Shown: piece after piece, positions 40,421 through 55,500 of the stretch | Layout: every line of letters starts with the position of its first letter | Position numbering within the stretch: the first letter of the stretch is position 1 | Source: Piromyces finnis finn | Lineage: Eukaryota; Fungi; Neocallimastigomycota | NCBI GenBank assembly: GCA_002104945.1 | Contig: MCFH01000035.1 | Coordinates: 496,001-560,000, forward strand | DNA length: 64,000 bases | Reading direction: 5' to 3' | Translations under genes and position numbers: made by a program | Notes under the pieces: model-generated | Database searches by the model: none | What the model was told of the DNA's origin: nothing | Seen by the model: only the letters and a program-made list of their open reading frames with translations

Positions 40421-41864
40421 TATAACATAATATTTAAAAGTATAAAAATATCTTTAATATAGTTAAATTTTAAATTAAATAAATGAAATATTATTTATAA
40501 ATTTTTAATTAAATTTAAAATTGATATTTTTATATTGTCGAAATAAATTAAAATATAAATTTAAATTTATTTCTATAAAAATAAAAAAGTTTGGTTTAGT
40601 TTAGTGGTATTATAATATTTATTTAGAAAGGTTTTATTATTTGTTTTTTAATATGTTATTTGATCTTACACAATAAATAATATCACAAAAATATATTCTA
40701 ATAAAAAATTTTGTAATATTTTTTCTATTTCTAATAAGCAATATACAGCTATAAATATTACAATAAAATAATTATTATATTATCTATTTCAAAGTTCTCT
40801 GTATTAATTCTATTTATCACATTATGTGTACATTATTTATCTGTTTACTATTATGCATTTCATATTTAATTTTCATTAATATTTTATTATTATTACATAT
40901 CATATAAATAAAAAAAGAATATATATTGTTTTGTTTTCATTCTTACATAATTTATTAATATAGAAACTAATATAATAAATATTAATAATAACTATAATGA
41001 GTTCTTCCTTTATTCAATAAAAAAGTAAACAATTTTTGAATGACATTAATATAACTTTAAAAATATTATTTAATATAACCCTCTATATATTAAAATATTT
41101 TTATTATCATAGTACCATTTTAGAAATTTTATTAAATATTTAATTTTGTCTCTATAATAAATTTACTATAAAATGATAAAATCAAAATATGCTTAATTTT
41201 ACCTAATATTAATTGGTGATATTATAACAATTATAATAAAACCTTAATATAATTATCCATACGCTTAAATATACTTATTTAAAATATTATTTCTTAAAAT
41301 TCAGTTTTTGTTTTTTTAATAATTTTTAATAGTTTTATTGAAAAAAATACATATATACATATAAAAAAGTTTTAAAACTTGTTTCCAAATTTTATTATAA
41401 ATTTATATGAAATGAAAATAAAAATTTTTGCATATAATTTAATTAATACAAATGAAAAAGTACACTATAATTAACAATTAAAATAAGTTTTTTATATTTA
41501 ATAAAATTATAATTTTTTTATAATTAAATATTATTCTTAATTACTTCTTTATATAAATTATTAAAATAAGATTTTCTGTTAAATATATAATTATATGAGA
41601 AAATTTAAAAATTATTATTACAATATTATTTCAATAAACTTAAAATATTCTTTTTTTACCCAGTTTTAAATTGTGAAAAAAAAAAAAAAAAAAAAAAAAT
41701 ATTAAAGTTATAATATAAAAATTGGAGTTAAATATAAATCTATTTTACCTTTTTTTTATTCTCATTTTCTTTTAAGTATTTTTTTATTAAAATATATATT
41801 AATACAATATAAAAAATATCAAAATAAATATTATTATAAAATAGATAAATAATTATCGAAGAGA

Positions 41865-44417
41865 ATGGAGCTTCGGAAAAATTTAGAAAAGTTATTGTTT
41901 TTAATTTTAATATTTCATTTATTCATAATAATAAAGGCTGAAAAACAAAGAATTACAATATGTATGAAACAACCTGATATGCCGAAAAATTTTCCTTCTG
42001 ATGCCTTAAATAATTATGTTAAGAAGTTAAATTACTATTTTAATGAGAGAACAAAAGATAATGAAAAGCTTAATAAATATGATATTGGTGTATATTTCTA
42101 TCCTTATGAACCTGTTGATAGAAATGGAAGATCTGTGTCAAGTACTTTTATGGTTGAATTAGGAAAAATACTTCCAAACAAAAATAAAAATAATAATTTT
42201 GATTTAGTAGTATTAGATGATAGAATTTTATTAAACGAAATAGCATTGATGGAAAGTGAATGGGTTTTAGAAAATATTAAATACAGTCATCCAACATTCG
42301 ATTTATATCATGATTTAACAAAATATGTTAATAAAGATGATCTACAATTTCATGATCCAAAAATATTAAGTGGTGGATTATTCGAAGAAAAAATATATGG
42401 AATTCCTTTCAAATATAATTTCGATGTGTTATACTATCATAATGAAAATAAATATTCAAAGGAATATAATGATACTCAATTATTATTAGAAGGTATGAAA
42501 AATAATACTTGGAATAAGTTAGTTGAATTAATGAACAATAATGCTCAACCATTAAATCTTCCATTTGGTGATGATAACGATTTATTAAATTTCGTTATAG
42601 AATATACAAGTAATCATTATAATTTAACAAAAGAAAATGATCCAGATTTCATAAAATTATTTTATAATGAAACTTCTGTTGAGTTTTATACAAAATTACG
42701 TGATTTAGTTGTATCAGTTGCTAAGAATAATGATGCAAGAAATAGTGCTCTTACTACATTAGATGAAGCATATGAAGATTTTATTGAAGGTAAATCGACA
42801 TTCTTTAGAGGAAAAGCTTCTCACAGTTTCATTTTTGAAAAAAAATATCCTAAAAATGAAATTCTATTATCTCTTCCTCCAAAATATCAATCTGCAACAA
42901 CTCATGAATATATTGTTGCAAATAAATTCAGTAAATTCGATCCCGAAATTCTCGCAGAAGTTGCTCTTATTCTTACTGATAAAGATGCTCAACTATTTCA
43001 TGCTGAAAATATTGGGAATATTCCAACATTCGATTTTAGTAAAAAGGATTCTGATACATATTTAAAAGCATATTGTGATTTTAATTCTGTCATTTGTGAT
43101 GCAATGGATAAAATGGAAAAATTATATATAAGAGATATTTTTAAATCCGATACAATGGCTCCATTTTTTGAATTCGAGTGTTTTATGCCTATCAAATTCA
43201 AAAATTATTTTATCGATAATAAAGTTGATGATGAACTAAGAAAACCATTTCAAAATTTAGTTGAATTTAACACAGATCATTTAGGTATTTATGGAACATT
43301 ATCAATTTTTATGATTTTTGGAACTGTAATACTTTTCGGTATAATTATATTTATGACATTCAAATTAAGAGAACATTCATACATCAAAGTTATTTCACCA
43401 TTATTTTGTAATTTAATTATAATCGGATGTATGTTAAATTTAATCAAAGTATTAAAATTCCTTCCACCATATTCTGCCACCAAAGTAAAAATATTTTTAG
43501 TTCTTGAAGCACTCGGAACAAATTTAATTTATATTCCAATGTTTGTAGTTGCATATCGTATATTCCGCATTTACAAAACAAAAACGTTTATGTCAAATGC
43601 TTTAAATAACAAGCGTTTGTTAATATTTGTATTTATTGCTGTTAGTATAGCAGTTATTTATAGAATAGTGATTGTTATGACAAATAGAGTTTATTATTTA
43701 GCTATTGGCACAATTAAAATGGTTCGTATTCCAAAAGGGTATTATTCAAATTATAAACTATTTTCAACAATATATCAAGTTTATCTTACAATAGTTGTAC
43801 GTATTTACATTATATAAGTTATCATAAATATTAATTATAAATATTACTGTTATATATATTATTATAATTATTATATATTATATATTATATATATTAATAT
43901 ATTATATAATTATCTCTATTATTATATCATTATATCTAAATTACTAAAATTATATCTTAATAATTTTATTAAATATATTATTTTAATATTATAGTTTATT
44001 GCACTTATGATGATGATAATTATTACTGGAAGTCGATCAAGAAAGTTTGGTGATATTTGTTATACATTTGTTATTTTCATTACAAATATATCTGATTTTA
44101 ATGTTGAACGTTTAATTGTATGGCTTAATGAAGAAAACTATCCTTTACATTTCTTTATTATCATTATCTTTGATTGCGTTCTTCACTTTATTTGCGTATA
44201 TTTCTTAGTTGGATCAAGAATTCAATTACTTTTAACAAATCCTGAATTTGACTTTGTTAATAGTTCTAATAATAGCTCAGACGATACCCAATATATTGCC
44301 TTAAGATCAAGAATTAGAAGTATGAGTATTTTAAAATTCATAAGTAGTATTGGTTCTACAGATACTAGAAAAAGCATGTTAAGATCAACTAATTCACAAC
44401 AGAGAAGTGGAATATAG
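41865..44417 (+). CDS. Class C-like 7TM receptor with N-terminal solute-binding-protein-like ectodomain, copy 1 (2 exons, about 784 aa)
   Basis: Exons 41865-43796 and 43995-44417. Signal peptide, SBP-like ectodomain (DLVVLDDR, IYGIPFKYNFDVLYYH), then seven hydrophobic helices with class C-like YIKVISPLFCNLIIIG and YRIFRIY. Confidence 0.8.
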
Positions 44418-44800
44418 AAATTGAGATTAACGCATTAATAATTAAAAGAAAATATATATTTATATGTCTTAACTAATTTTTGATAAAGTTAATACAAATA
44501 ATGTAGTTTTAAAATATTATTATTATTTGTTTCAATTAATTTTCTTTATATCTATATTATGTATTTATGATAAAATATTTTACTTCTGCTACCTACATTC
44601 TTGAAGTAAAATTTTATTAATTTAAAAAAAAAAAAAAAAATTAAATTAAAATAAATTAAAAATTTCTTTTTATTTAATAATGATATAGTTTTAATAATTT
44701 TACTTTTTGTTAAATAATATTATCTTATCCTCTTCTTTGAAATAAAATGAGTTATTTCAAAAAAAATATATATGGTTTTAAATTATTTTTTATATTAATA

Positions 44801-44832
<32 letters not shown>

Positions 44833-44881
44833 GAAATATTGCTGTAAAATAGAAATATATAAACATATCATTAATATTATT

Positions 44882-45683
44882 GTCTGTCCATGTTGCGGAT
44901 ATGACGAACAATCTTTTTACCATTGGGTATTAGAATGTTCTGTATTCTGAATACAGAGCTTCTTCACTTAGCTTTCATGACGATCTTTTTACCCTTTTTT
45001 ACAATAAATATAAGAATCAATTCATCACATACTTACTCCCCGAAACGGAAGTAAGAAAAACAATTTATAATTATATTTTTACGTTCCTTCTTGGTGGAAC
45101 TTTAGCTTATGATGAGCTTCAAATCGATAAGGCGGAACAAAGACATTTGAATGAACAGCTTTACAGTTCATGTTCCATATGTAGAGGGTCTCGCGGCTTT
45201 TCTTACTAAAACAATCCCTATCATTAGTAGCTCTATAAAGCTACTTTTTGATAGGCTTAGTAAGACACCTAACGTAATCAAGAGCGCCGACGTCGTATCG
45301 ATATGGCAAAGGAACATTTCCAATGTTCCGTACACAGGGTTCAATGTTAGTATTTCCTCGAATTCGAATGAAAACATTATGAACTCATGGGAGAGTTTAG
45401 TAGACACCACACTATCATACCTGATGTTACTTCTTTTTTTTATTTCATTTAATTTATTAGATAGGGACCAATCCCACACAGTACAAATTGCAGAGTTCAT
45501 TAAACTTTTATACAACTTAAATAATTATTTTATTTTTTTTATATTTATATTTTTATTTATATATATTTTATTATTTTTATTTATTATTTATTATATCAAT
45601 ATCAATATGTATTATCACCTAATATTATGTAATATCACTAATTAAATAAGTAAATAAATAAAAGATGTGTATTCTCTTCCTAG

Positions 45684-45717
<34 letters not shown>
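44882..45717 (+). mobile_element. 5'-truncated, decayed LINE of a related family
   Basis: Starts VCPCCGYDEQSFYHWVLEC (zinc knuckle homologous to copies 1 and 2), then FLLGG and LAAFLTKTIP. Poly(A) at 45687-45717. 15-bp TSD ATCATTAATATTATT at 44867-44881 and 45718-45732. Confidence 0.88.
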
Positions 45718-45722
<5 letters not shown>

Positions 45723-46647
45723 TAATATTATTAAGATATACATAATGTTAATAAAAAAGACTTTTAAATTTTAATATATAAATACTTTCAATTTTCTATA
45801 TCTAATGATTAGGTTAATAAATAAAAGATTAATTTACTGGCTAAAATTCTGCCAGAGATCGAATATCTTCTGGTTAAAGAGTCTGGCTAAATCCTCCAAA
45901 AATCTAGGATAAATAATATTGTTAATTAAATAATGCATAATAATAATTGACAAAAAATAAGTTTATATATATAAAAATTATTGTTAAAAAGAGTGTAAAA
46001 ACAATAAATAAAAGAAAATATAAAAACGAAATTAAATTCATCATAACACATATAAATTTCTGAATTTTATTATTACAAATACTATATGAAATGAAAATAA
46101 AATTAATTTTGCTATTTACTCTATATATGTAATTTAATTAATATAGAAAAAAAGTATACTTTAACAATTAAAATAAGTTTTTCCGATAACATTTTTTTAA
46201 TTATACTATAATTTAATTAAACTTTAAAAAGATTACAATTTTATATATAATTAAAGTATTTTAGTAATTTTTAAAATAAAAAAAAAAAAAAACTATATTA
46301 ATAAAAGCATAAAATTAAAATTAAGTTTATGTTAAATATTATTCTTTATTTGGTATATCGAGAAAATATCCTTTAAATAAACCTATTAAAATAAAATTAT
46401 CTATTAATTATATGATAATTAATGTAAATTTAAAAATTTATAATTACAATTTTATATTCATTAATGTTAAAATATTTTTCTTATTAAGTTTAAAATATTC
46501 AAATTAAATTAAATTATAAATCTATTTTACCTTTTTTTTTATTCTCATTTTCTTTTAAGTATTTTTTTATTAAAATATATATTAATACAATATAAAAAAT
46601 ATCAAAATAAATATTATTATAAAATAGATAAATAATTATCGAAGAGA

Positions 46648-49248
46648 ATGGAGCTTCGGAAAAATTTAGAAAAGTTATTGTTTTTAATTTTAATATTTCA
46701 TTTATTCATAATAATAAAGGCTGAAAAACAAAGAATTACAATATGTATGAAACAACCTGATATGCCGAAAAATTTTCCTTCTGATGCCTTAAATAATTAT
46801 GTTGAGAAGTTAAATTACTATTTTAATGAGAGAACAAAAGATAATGAAAAGCTTAATAAATATGATATTGGTGTATATTTCTATCCTTATGAACCTGTTG
46901 ATAGAAATGGAAGATCTGTGTCAAGTACTTTTATGGTTGAATTAGGAAAAATACTTCCAAACAAAAATAAAAATAATAATTTTGATTTAGTAGTATTAGA
47001 TGATAGAATTTTATTAAACGAAATAGCATTGATGGAAAGTGAATGGGTTTTAGAAAATATTAAATACAGTCATCCAACGTTCGATTTATATCATGATTTA
47101 ACAAAATATGTTAATAAAGATGATCTACAATTTCATGATCCAAAAATATTAAGTGGTGGATTATTCGAAGAAAAAATATATGGAATTCCTTTCAAATATA
47201 ATTTCGATGTGTTATACTATCATAATGAAAATAAATATTCAAAGGAATATAATGATACTCAATTATTATTAGAAGGTATGAAAAATAATACTTGGAATAA
47301 GTTAGTTGAATTAATGAACAATAATGCTCAACCATTAAATCTTCCATTTGGTGATGATAACGATTTATTAAATTTCGTTATAGAATATACAAGTAATCAT
47401 TATAATTTAACAAAAGAAAATGATCCAGATTTCATAAAATTATTTTATAATGAAACTTCTGTTGAGTTTTATACAAAATTACGTGATTTAGTTGTATCAG
47501 TTGCTAAGAATAATGATGCAAGAAATAGTGCTCTTACTACATTAGATGAAGCATATGAAGATTTTATTGAAGGTAAATCGACATTCTTTAGAGGAAAAGC
47601 TTCTCACAGTTTCATTTTTGAAAAAAAATATCCTAAAAATGAAATTCTATTATCTCTTCCTCCAAAATATCAATCTGCAACAACTCATGAATATATTGTT
47701 GCAAATAAATTCAGTAAATTCGATCCCGAAATTCTCGCAGAAGTTGCTCTTATTCTTACTGATAAAGATGCTCAACTATTTCATGCTGAAAATATTGGGA
47801 ATATTCCAACATTCGATTTTAGTAAAAAGGATTCTGATACATATTTAAAAGCATATTGTGATTTTAATTCTGTCATTTGTGATGCAATGGATAAAATGGA
47901 AAAATTATATATAAGAGATATTTTTAAATCCGATACAATGGCTCCATTTTTTGAATTCGAGTGTTTTATGCCTATCAAATTCAAAAATTATTTTATCGAT
48001 AATAAAGTTGATGATGAACTAAGAAAACCATTTCAAAATTTAGTTGAATTTAACACAGATCATTTAGGTATTTATGGAACATTATCAATTTTTATGATTT
48101 TTGGAACTGTAATACTTTTCGGTATAATTATATTTATGACATTCAAATTAAGAGAACATTCATACATCAAAGTTATTTCACCATTATTTTGTAATTTAAT
48201 TATAATCGGATGTATGTTAAATTTAATCAAAGTATTAAAATTCCTTCCACCATATTCTGCCACCAAAGTAAAAATATTTTTAGTTCTTGAAGCACTCGGA
48301 ACAAATTTAATTTATATTCCAATGTTTGTAGTTGCATATCGTATATTCCGTATTTACAAAACAAAAACGTTTATGTCAAATGCTTTAAATAACAAGCGTT
48401 TGTTAATATCTGTATTTATTGCTGTTAGTATAGCAGTTATTTATAGAATAGTGATTGTTATGACAAATAGAGTTTATTATTTAGCTATTGGCACAATTAA
48501 AATGGTTCGTATTCCAAAAGGGTATTATTCAAATTATAAACTATTTTCAACAATATATCAAGTTTATCTTACAATAGTTGTACGTATTTACATTATATAA
48601 GTTATCATAAATATTAATTATAAATATTACTGTTATATATATTATTATAATTATTATATATTATATATTATATATATTAATATATTATATAATTATCTCT
48701 ATTATTATATCATTATATCTAAATTACTAAAATTATATCTTAATAATTTTATTAAATATATTATTTTAATATTATAGTTTATTGCACTTATGATGATGAT
48801 AATTATTACTGGAAGTCGATCAAGAAAGTTTGGTGATATTTGTTATACATTTGTTATTTTCATTACAAATATATCTGATTTTAATGTTGAACGTTTAATT
48901 GTATGGCTTAATGAAGAAAACTATCCTTTACATTTCTTTATTATCATTATCTTTGATTGCGTTCTTCACTTTATTTGCGTATATTTCTTAGTTGGATCAA
49001 GAATTCAATTTTTATTAACAAATCCTGAATTTGACTTTAATAGCTCAGATGATACTCAATATATTGCTTTAAGATCAAAAATAATAGGTATGAGTATCTT
49101 CAGAAAACTTAGTTCTATTTACTTCACTTGTAATAGAAATAATACTGTAAGATCAAATAATTCACAACAAAGAGATGAAATCAGTATTGAATCATCTAGA
49201 ATTAAAATCAATAATTCATATAATAAAGTTGAAAATGAAAATACATAA
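46648..49248 (+). CDS. SBP-ectodomain class C-like 7TM receptor, copy 2 (2 exons, about 800 aa)
   Basis: Exons 46648-48579 and 48778-49248. Nearly identical to copy 1 until the cytoplasmic tail, which diverges. Confidence 0.8.
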
Positions 49249-52200
49249 TTAAATATTACTATTTTAAACATATATAACAGTGCTTAAATAATAATATATT
49301 CAAAATATTAAAAATTAGTTTTTAATAAATTATTTGATAGTTTTATTAAATTATTTCTTTATAGAATATTTCATTTATTAATCAAAAACCAGAACATCTA
49401 AAAAATAAAGATAAAATATTTATTTTTATTTATTTAAATAATATAAAATAATTATACACATATAATATACTATTTGCAAATTATTTAAAATAAAATAATA
49501 ATAGTATTTATTCCAATACATATATGATTATATAAAATAATGTTTATTATTACAGCATTAATTCTTAATATATCTTCTATAATAAAATACCATTATACCA
49601 TTGCAACATATAATTTAAAAGAAACAATACTAATAAAACAATAGTGCTCTTATGGATTTAGTATAATTTATTCCAATGATATATAAAATAATTTCTATTT
49701 TTATTTAATAGTATTAAAGTTTTCTCTTTCTTTAATAGAGTAAATAGTTATTGTTGTAAATTCGGAAATATTTAAATTAATATATTGTGATACATTTTAG
49801 ATATTTCCTTTTAAAGTAAATCATCTTTTATTTATTCCATTTTCATTAAATTTTTAAGTTCTTTAATTTCATATATATATATTTGATTATATTTATTTTT
49901 CCTTTTTTCCTTATATCAACTAGGATATTAAACCAATTAAAAAAACAATAATAAATATATATGGAAATATTTTATATATTTTATATATTATATATTACGA
50001 ATATATTTTTGATAAAAACTATATAAAATAAGATTCTTTATTCATTTAACCACTTTTATTATTTTAGTAAATATTAAAATATGACCATGACATAAGATTA
50101 TTTAATTTTATTATTATAATAAAAAAAAAGGATATGATCATATGATCTTTTATTCTCCAGTTATTTATCAATTAATAAATTAACTTTTAATCCAATCTCA
50201 TAGTAATATAATGATTCAACTATTTAGCAAAATTAATTAATAATATGTTTTTAAAATTTATATAAAAAAAATAATGATAACAATGATTTAATTTTTTATT
50301 TATTAAATTAATTTAATAAAACTTATTCGGAGAATATTTAGTTAAGAGTTCTAAAGTATATAGGTAGTTATTATTATAGACTATATATATATAATCCTAA
50401 TATTATGTAGAAAAGAATCATATACATACATTCTTTGAATAACAAATAGTACAACACATGAAAAATTAAAAATTCATTACAATAGAAAAACAAAATAAAT
50501 TATAGAAAATATATCATACATAAAGTTAAAAATATGAAACATTTTTCTTTAATATTATTCTATTTTTTATTGCTTTAAATTTTTTATAACTTATTAATAG
50601 CCTATTTATTTTATAATATTAATGTCATTTTCATCTATTTAAAATTAACATATATAAGAAAATTTAAAAAAAAAAAAAATAAAAAATACATATATAATAT
50701 AGTATAATAATAATTAATAATATATATCAAAAAAAAATTAAAATAGAAAATTAAATATCCTAATTAATTATTGAAATTTTCTTTTTTATATAGATTTTTA
50801 AGAATTTATTATAACCACTTTATATCTTAAAAAATAAATTAATCTAGTGATTATGATCGATGATCCTTTATATGGAATTTAATTAATAAAGCTTAAAAAT
50901 TAATCTTTTAAATAAAAAATTAATTATATATTAAATAAGGTTATGTACCTTGATATATATTATATAATGAATAATATTATTACGATTCATAATATGTAAT
51001 AAATTTATATTAATATTTAAATAATTTATTTATTGTAATATATTATATACTATTATATATGATTATATAAAACATATTAAAACAAAAAGTGACATGATAT
51101 ATAATTATAAAATTTATAAATATTGTAGTAAATGATAATTAACGATTCTCTTACAATATTACATTAGTAATTCTCTTTTGTAAAAGCTAAAAATTTATTA
51201 TTACCGTACTTTTAAAGGATAAATTATTATATTAAAAATAAATTGAAGTATATCTTTAAAAAATACTTTTTAATCTATTAAATAAAATAAGAAACAATAT
51301 CTTTAAAAAATATACTAAATATATTGATAATATAGATTTAAATATATTAATATTAATCAATATATAAATTAATTGTTTAAAAAATATAAATTAAAAGAAT
51401 TCATTAAAAAAATATATTAAATATATAAATATAATATGTTTAATATATATTAAAGCCATTCAACAGTATTAAATAAATTGAATTTAATATAATATATTAT
51501 TTATATTTAAATTCTAAATATTATATACAAAAAAAAATTTTGGTAAGGTTTTTTTTATCTTACATTGGTAGACATTATTTCTTTTTTTTAATATATTAAT
51601 ATGAATAATACAATATAATTTACATATTGGGAAAATAATGGTTATCTTTTTTTTTATATTAACTTTTATATTAAATTTCTATATTAAATATGATTATATA
51701 TATATTATTGTATTACAAATACAAATATATAAATCTTGTTGTTATATATTTATAAATATATAAAAATTAATTTAATATAAATTAAAGTTAACTTTTTAAT
51801 TACATTCTAATAAATTAAAATAAAAAAGATATAAACTTTATTTATTATTTAATTATTTAACTTTTACTTTTTAGATTAATCAATATGTTTTAAATTATTG
51901 CAATTGTAATGAATACAATAATAGTTAACTTGATTATATTAATATTGTTATTAATATAAATTAATACTATTTCATATATTAAAATATTTTATATAAATAT
52001 ATTATAATATATAGAATTAAACAATGTGTCATTGTTTTAATTATTTTTTAGGTAGGATTAATATTATTTATACCACTTAATTTTTATATACGCGTTTCTA
52101 TAAACTTTATTTATTATATTTTTAATGAATTATCATGTAATTTTCAATTACATCTATGACATAATAATAAAAAAATCACTTCATATAAAATAAAAAAAAG

Positions 52201-52533
52201 ATGCCTTTCATTTATATTTTTTTTTTTTATTTTTTTCTTATTATTAAATTTATTATTTTATTTTTGTTTTTTTAATACATAATTTTTTATTTAGTAAATA
52301 ATATTTTTTATTTTATTATAAAAAAATATAAAATAAAAGAAATTATTTATTATCAAAAATAAAAAAAAACAAATAAAACTTCCTGGAGAAGAATAAAATA
52401 AAATTAATAAACAATAATAAATAAAAACAATTACAATTATAGAAAAACAAATATATTTTTTTTTGATAAAAAAAATTTATTCAGTAAAATATTAAAAGGA
52501 ATAAATAATCCAAAAAATAAAAAAAAAAAAAAA

Positions 52534-55500
52534 ATGAGATCTTATTTAAAGAAAATAAGTATTTTAGCTATAGCTGCTGCTGCTGCTAGTGCTGAACTTG
52601 TTAAAAGAGATCCATACTGGATCAAAATGGCAGATGTCATTCAACAAGTTAGACCAGATTTTTACTATGGTGTTGCCACTACAAAGTCATTCTTTTCTAA
52701 CCCAAAATACAAAGATATCATTTCTACTTACAACTTACATAGTAAATATTATTGGAACTATAATTTTTATTTTGGATTGAAAAAATAAAAAATATATTAT
52801 TTAATTTAATTTATTAATATATATATTTATAATTTTTCATTTTTTTTTAAATAGCTGGTGGTAATGAATGTAAATTCTACACTATTCAAGGTACTCAAAC
52901 TTTCAATACTAAACAATGTGATGATTCAATTGCTTTTGCTAAGAAATTCGGTGCTAAATTCCGTGGACATAATCTTTTCTGGCCAGCCAACTCTCCAGTA
53001 AGTTTGAATATTTTTTATTGAAATTAATTTAAAATTAAAATATTAATATATTTTAGTTTTAAATTAATTAAATTAATTATAAATAATTTTATTAAAATAA
53101 GATAATATTGTAAAATAAAAAAATGAAATAAGTGATATTAACAATTATTTATTAATAATTTTTTTTATTTAAAGGATTGGTTCAAAAATTACAGTGATGA
53201 TATTGAAGAAGTTAAAGCTTATTATCTTGACTATGTTGCCAAGGTTTTAGACCATTACAAAGATGAAGAAGATATCATCTACTGGGATGTTGTTAATGAA
53301 TCCGTCACTGATGATTCTACTATCGATAAGTATAAGTTACGTTATGGTTCTGATAGAAGTAATGAATTCAAGGGTTGGGATACTTACACTGAAGATATTT
53401 TCACTCTTGCTCGTGAACATACTAATCCAAATGTTAAATTAATTTACAATGATTATAATGCTGAAAACAACAACGGTAACTTCAATGGTAAAACTGGTGC
53501 TGTTTACAAGTATATTAAGGAAATGAAAGAAAAGGGTATTCCAATTGATGGTGTAGGTTTACAAATGCACATTTCTTGTAACTACACTCCAAACTACGAA
53601 CAACTCACTGAATTAATTGATATGTACAAAGAAATCGGTGTTGAAGTTCATGTTACTGAAATTGATGTCAGTATGAAGAATTGTAAAACTCATGACCAAC
53701 AAAGAAAATTATATATGGATGTTTTCAGAGCTTGTTTTGATAATGAAAACTGTAAGGTTTTTACTGTTTGGGGTGCTTATGATACTGAATCATGGATTGG
53801 TGCTTCAAACGTTCCATTACCATTTGATGATGATATGTATCCAAAGGATATCTACTTTGATATGTTAGAATATGTTATGAAACAATTACCAGAAGATGCT
53901 ACTTACCCAACTCCAACTGTTACTAAGCCAGTTGCTGAACCAACTTCTGCTGAAAATGAATTAAAAAATGCTAAATACATTGTTAAGCCAGGAGAATTTA
54001 TGCTTAACGCTGCTTGGCAAGATTGGTCATGGGGTAACGATGAAAATAGTTTTGATGATGATGGTAATTATCAAGCTACTTTCCAAGAAGAAAAATATGG
54101 TGCTCTCTCCCTTCACACTGGTGATACATTCAATGCTGGTAAGCTTCATTTAGAACTTAAGAGTGATACTGAAGGTGCTCCAATCAACATTGTTGTTCAC
54201 ACTATTGAAGGTAATGAATTTGTTACTCTTGAAACTATTTCTAGCCCATCTACTGAAGAACTTGAAGCCTATGATATTGATGTTCCAGCTGTTTCTGGTG
54301 ATAACTACAACAGAATTTCTATTCAAGATGCCTGGGGTAAAGCAATTACTGTTACTGTTAACAATATTTACTTCATTCCATCTGAAGTTCCACAAGAAAA
54401 TAAACCAATCAATACTAATGGCGAAAGATACGATCTTGTTAAGGAAGGTGATTACATGATTAATCCAAAATGGCAAAACTGGTCTTGGGGTGTTGAAAAT
54501 AGCGAATTTGATGACGATGGTAATATGGTTAACTACATTGCTGCTGGTACTTATGGTGGTGTTTCCTTCAAGAGAGGAGATAGTAATACTTTTGGTAAGG
54601 GTACTTTCCACTTTAAGGCTATGGTTAACGACACTAATGCTCAAATTCAAGTATTATTCCACACTACTGCTGATGAATATGTTGCTATCGGAAGTGTTAG
54701 CGATCTTTCTGACTCTGAATTAGTCGAATACACTCTTGAAGTTGATGAACCAACTGCTGAAAAGTACGATAGATTCACAATTCAAGATGTTGCTAACAAT
54801 GGTCTTGTTCTTACTCTTAATGATGTTTACTTCATTTCAGCTGCATCTGAAGCTCCAGAAACTTCTGTTAATACTGATGGTGAAAGATACGATATTGTTA
54901 AGGAAGGTGATTACATGATTGATGCTAAATGGCAAAACTGGTCTTGGGGTGTTGAAGATAATGAATTTGATGATGATGGTAATATGGTTAACTACATTAC
55001 TGCTGGTACTTGGGGTGGTGTTTCCTTCAAGAGAGGAGATAGTACTTTATTCGGAAAGGGTATTTTCCACTTTAAGGCTATGGTCAATGACACTAATGCT
55101 CAAATTCAAGTATTATTCCACACTACTGCTGATGAATATGTTGCTATCGGAAGTGTTAGCGATCTTTCTGACTCTGAATTAGTTGAATACACTCTTGAAG
55201 TTGATGAACCAGTCGCTGAAATGTACGATAGAATTACAATTCAAGATGTTGCTAACAATGGTCTTGTTCTTACTCTTAATGATGTTTACTTCATCTCCAC
55301 TCCAGCTGAATCAGTTGAAGAACCAAGTACTACTGAACCAGTCGAAGAACCAACTGCCACTGAATCAGTTCAAGAACCAACTGAACCAGCTGTTGAACCA
55401 GAAATCAAGGGTACTAAGTATGATATTGTTAAGGAAGGAGCTGTCAATAGTGAATGGCAAAACTGGTCATGGGGTGTCAATGACAGTGAAATTGATGAAA

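Noticed and set aside
45825-45910. GC-richer islet encoding LLAKILPEIEYL, faintly like the LINE C-terminal LLTKIMP, with two small hairpins
   Set aside because: Too short, with no TSD or poly(A). It cannot be distinguished from chance.
42763-48266. Small overlapping ORFs repeated in both receptor copies
   Set aside because: Alternative-frame by-products of near-identical genes.
49300-52500. Long intergenic stretch searched for ncRNA, MITEs or exons
   Set aside because: Only AT-rich low-complexity sequence; no terminal repeats or coding signal seen.
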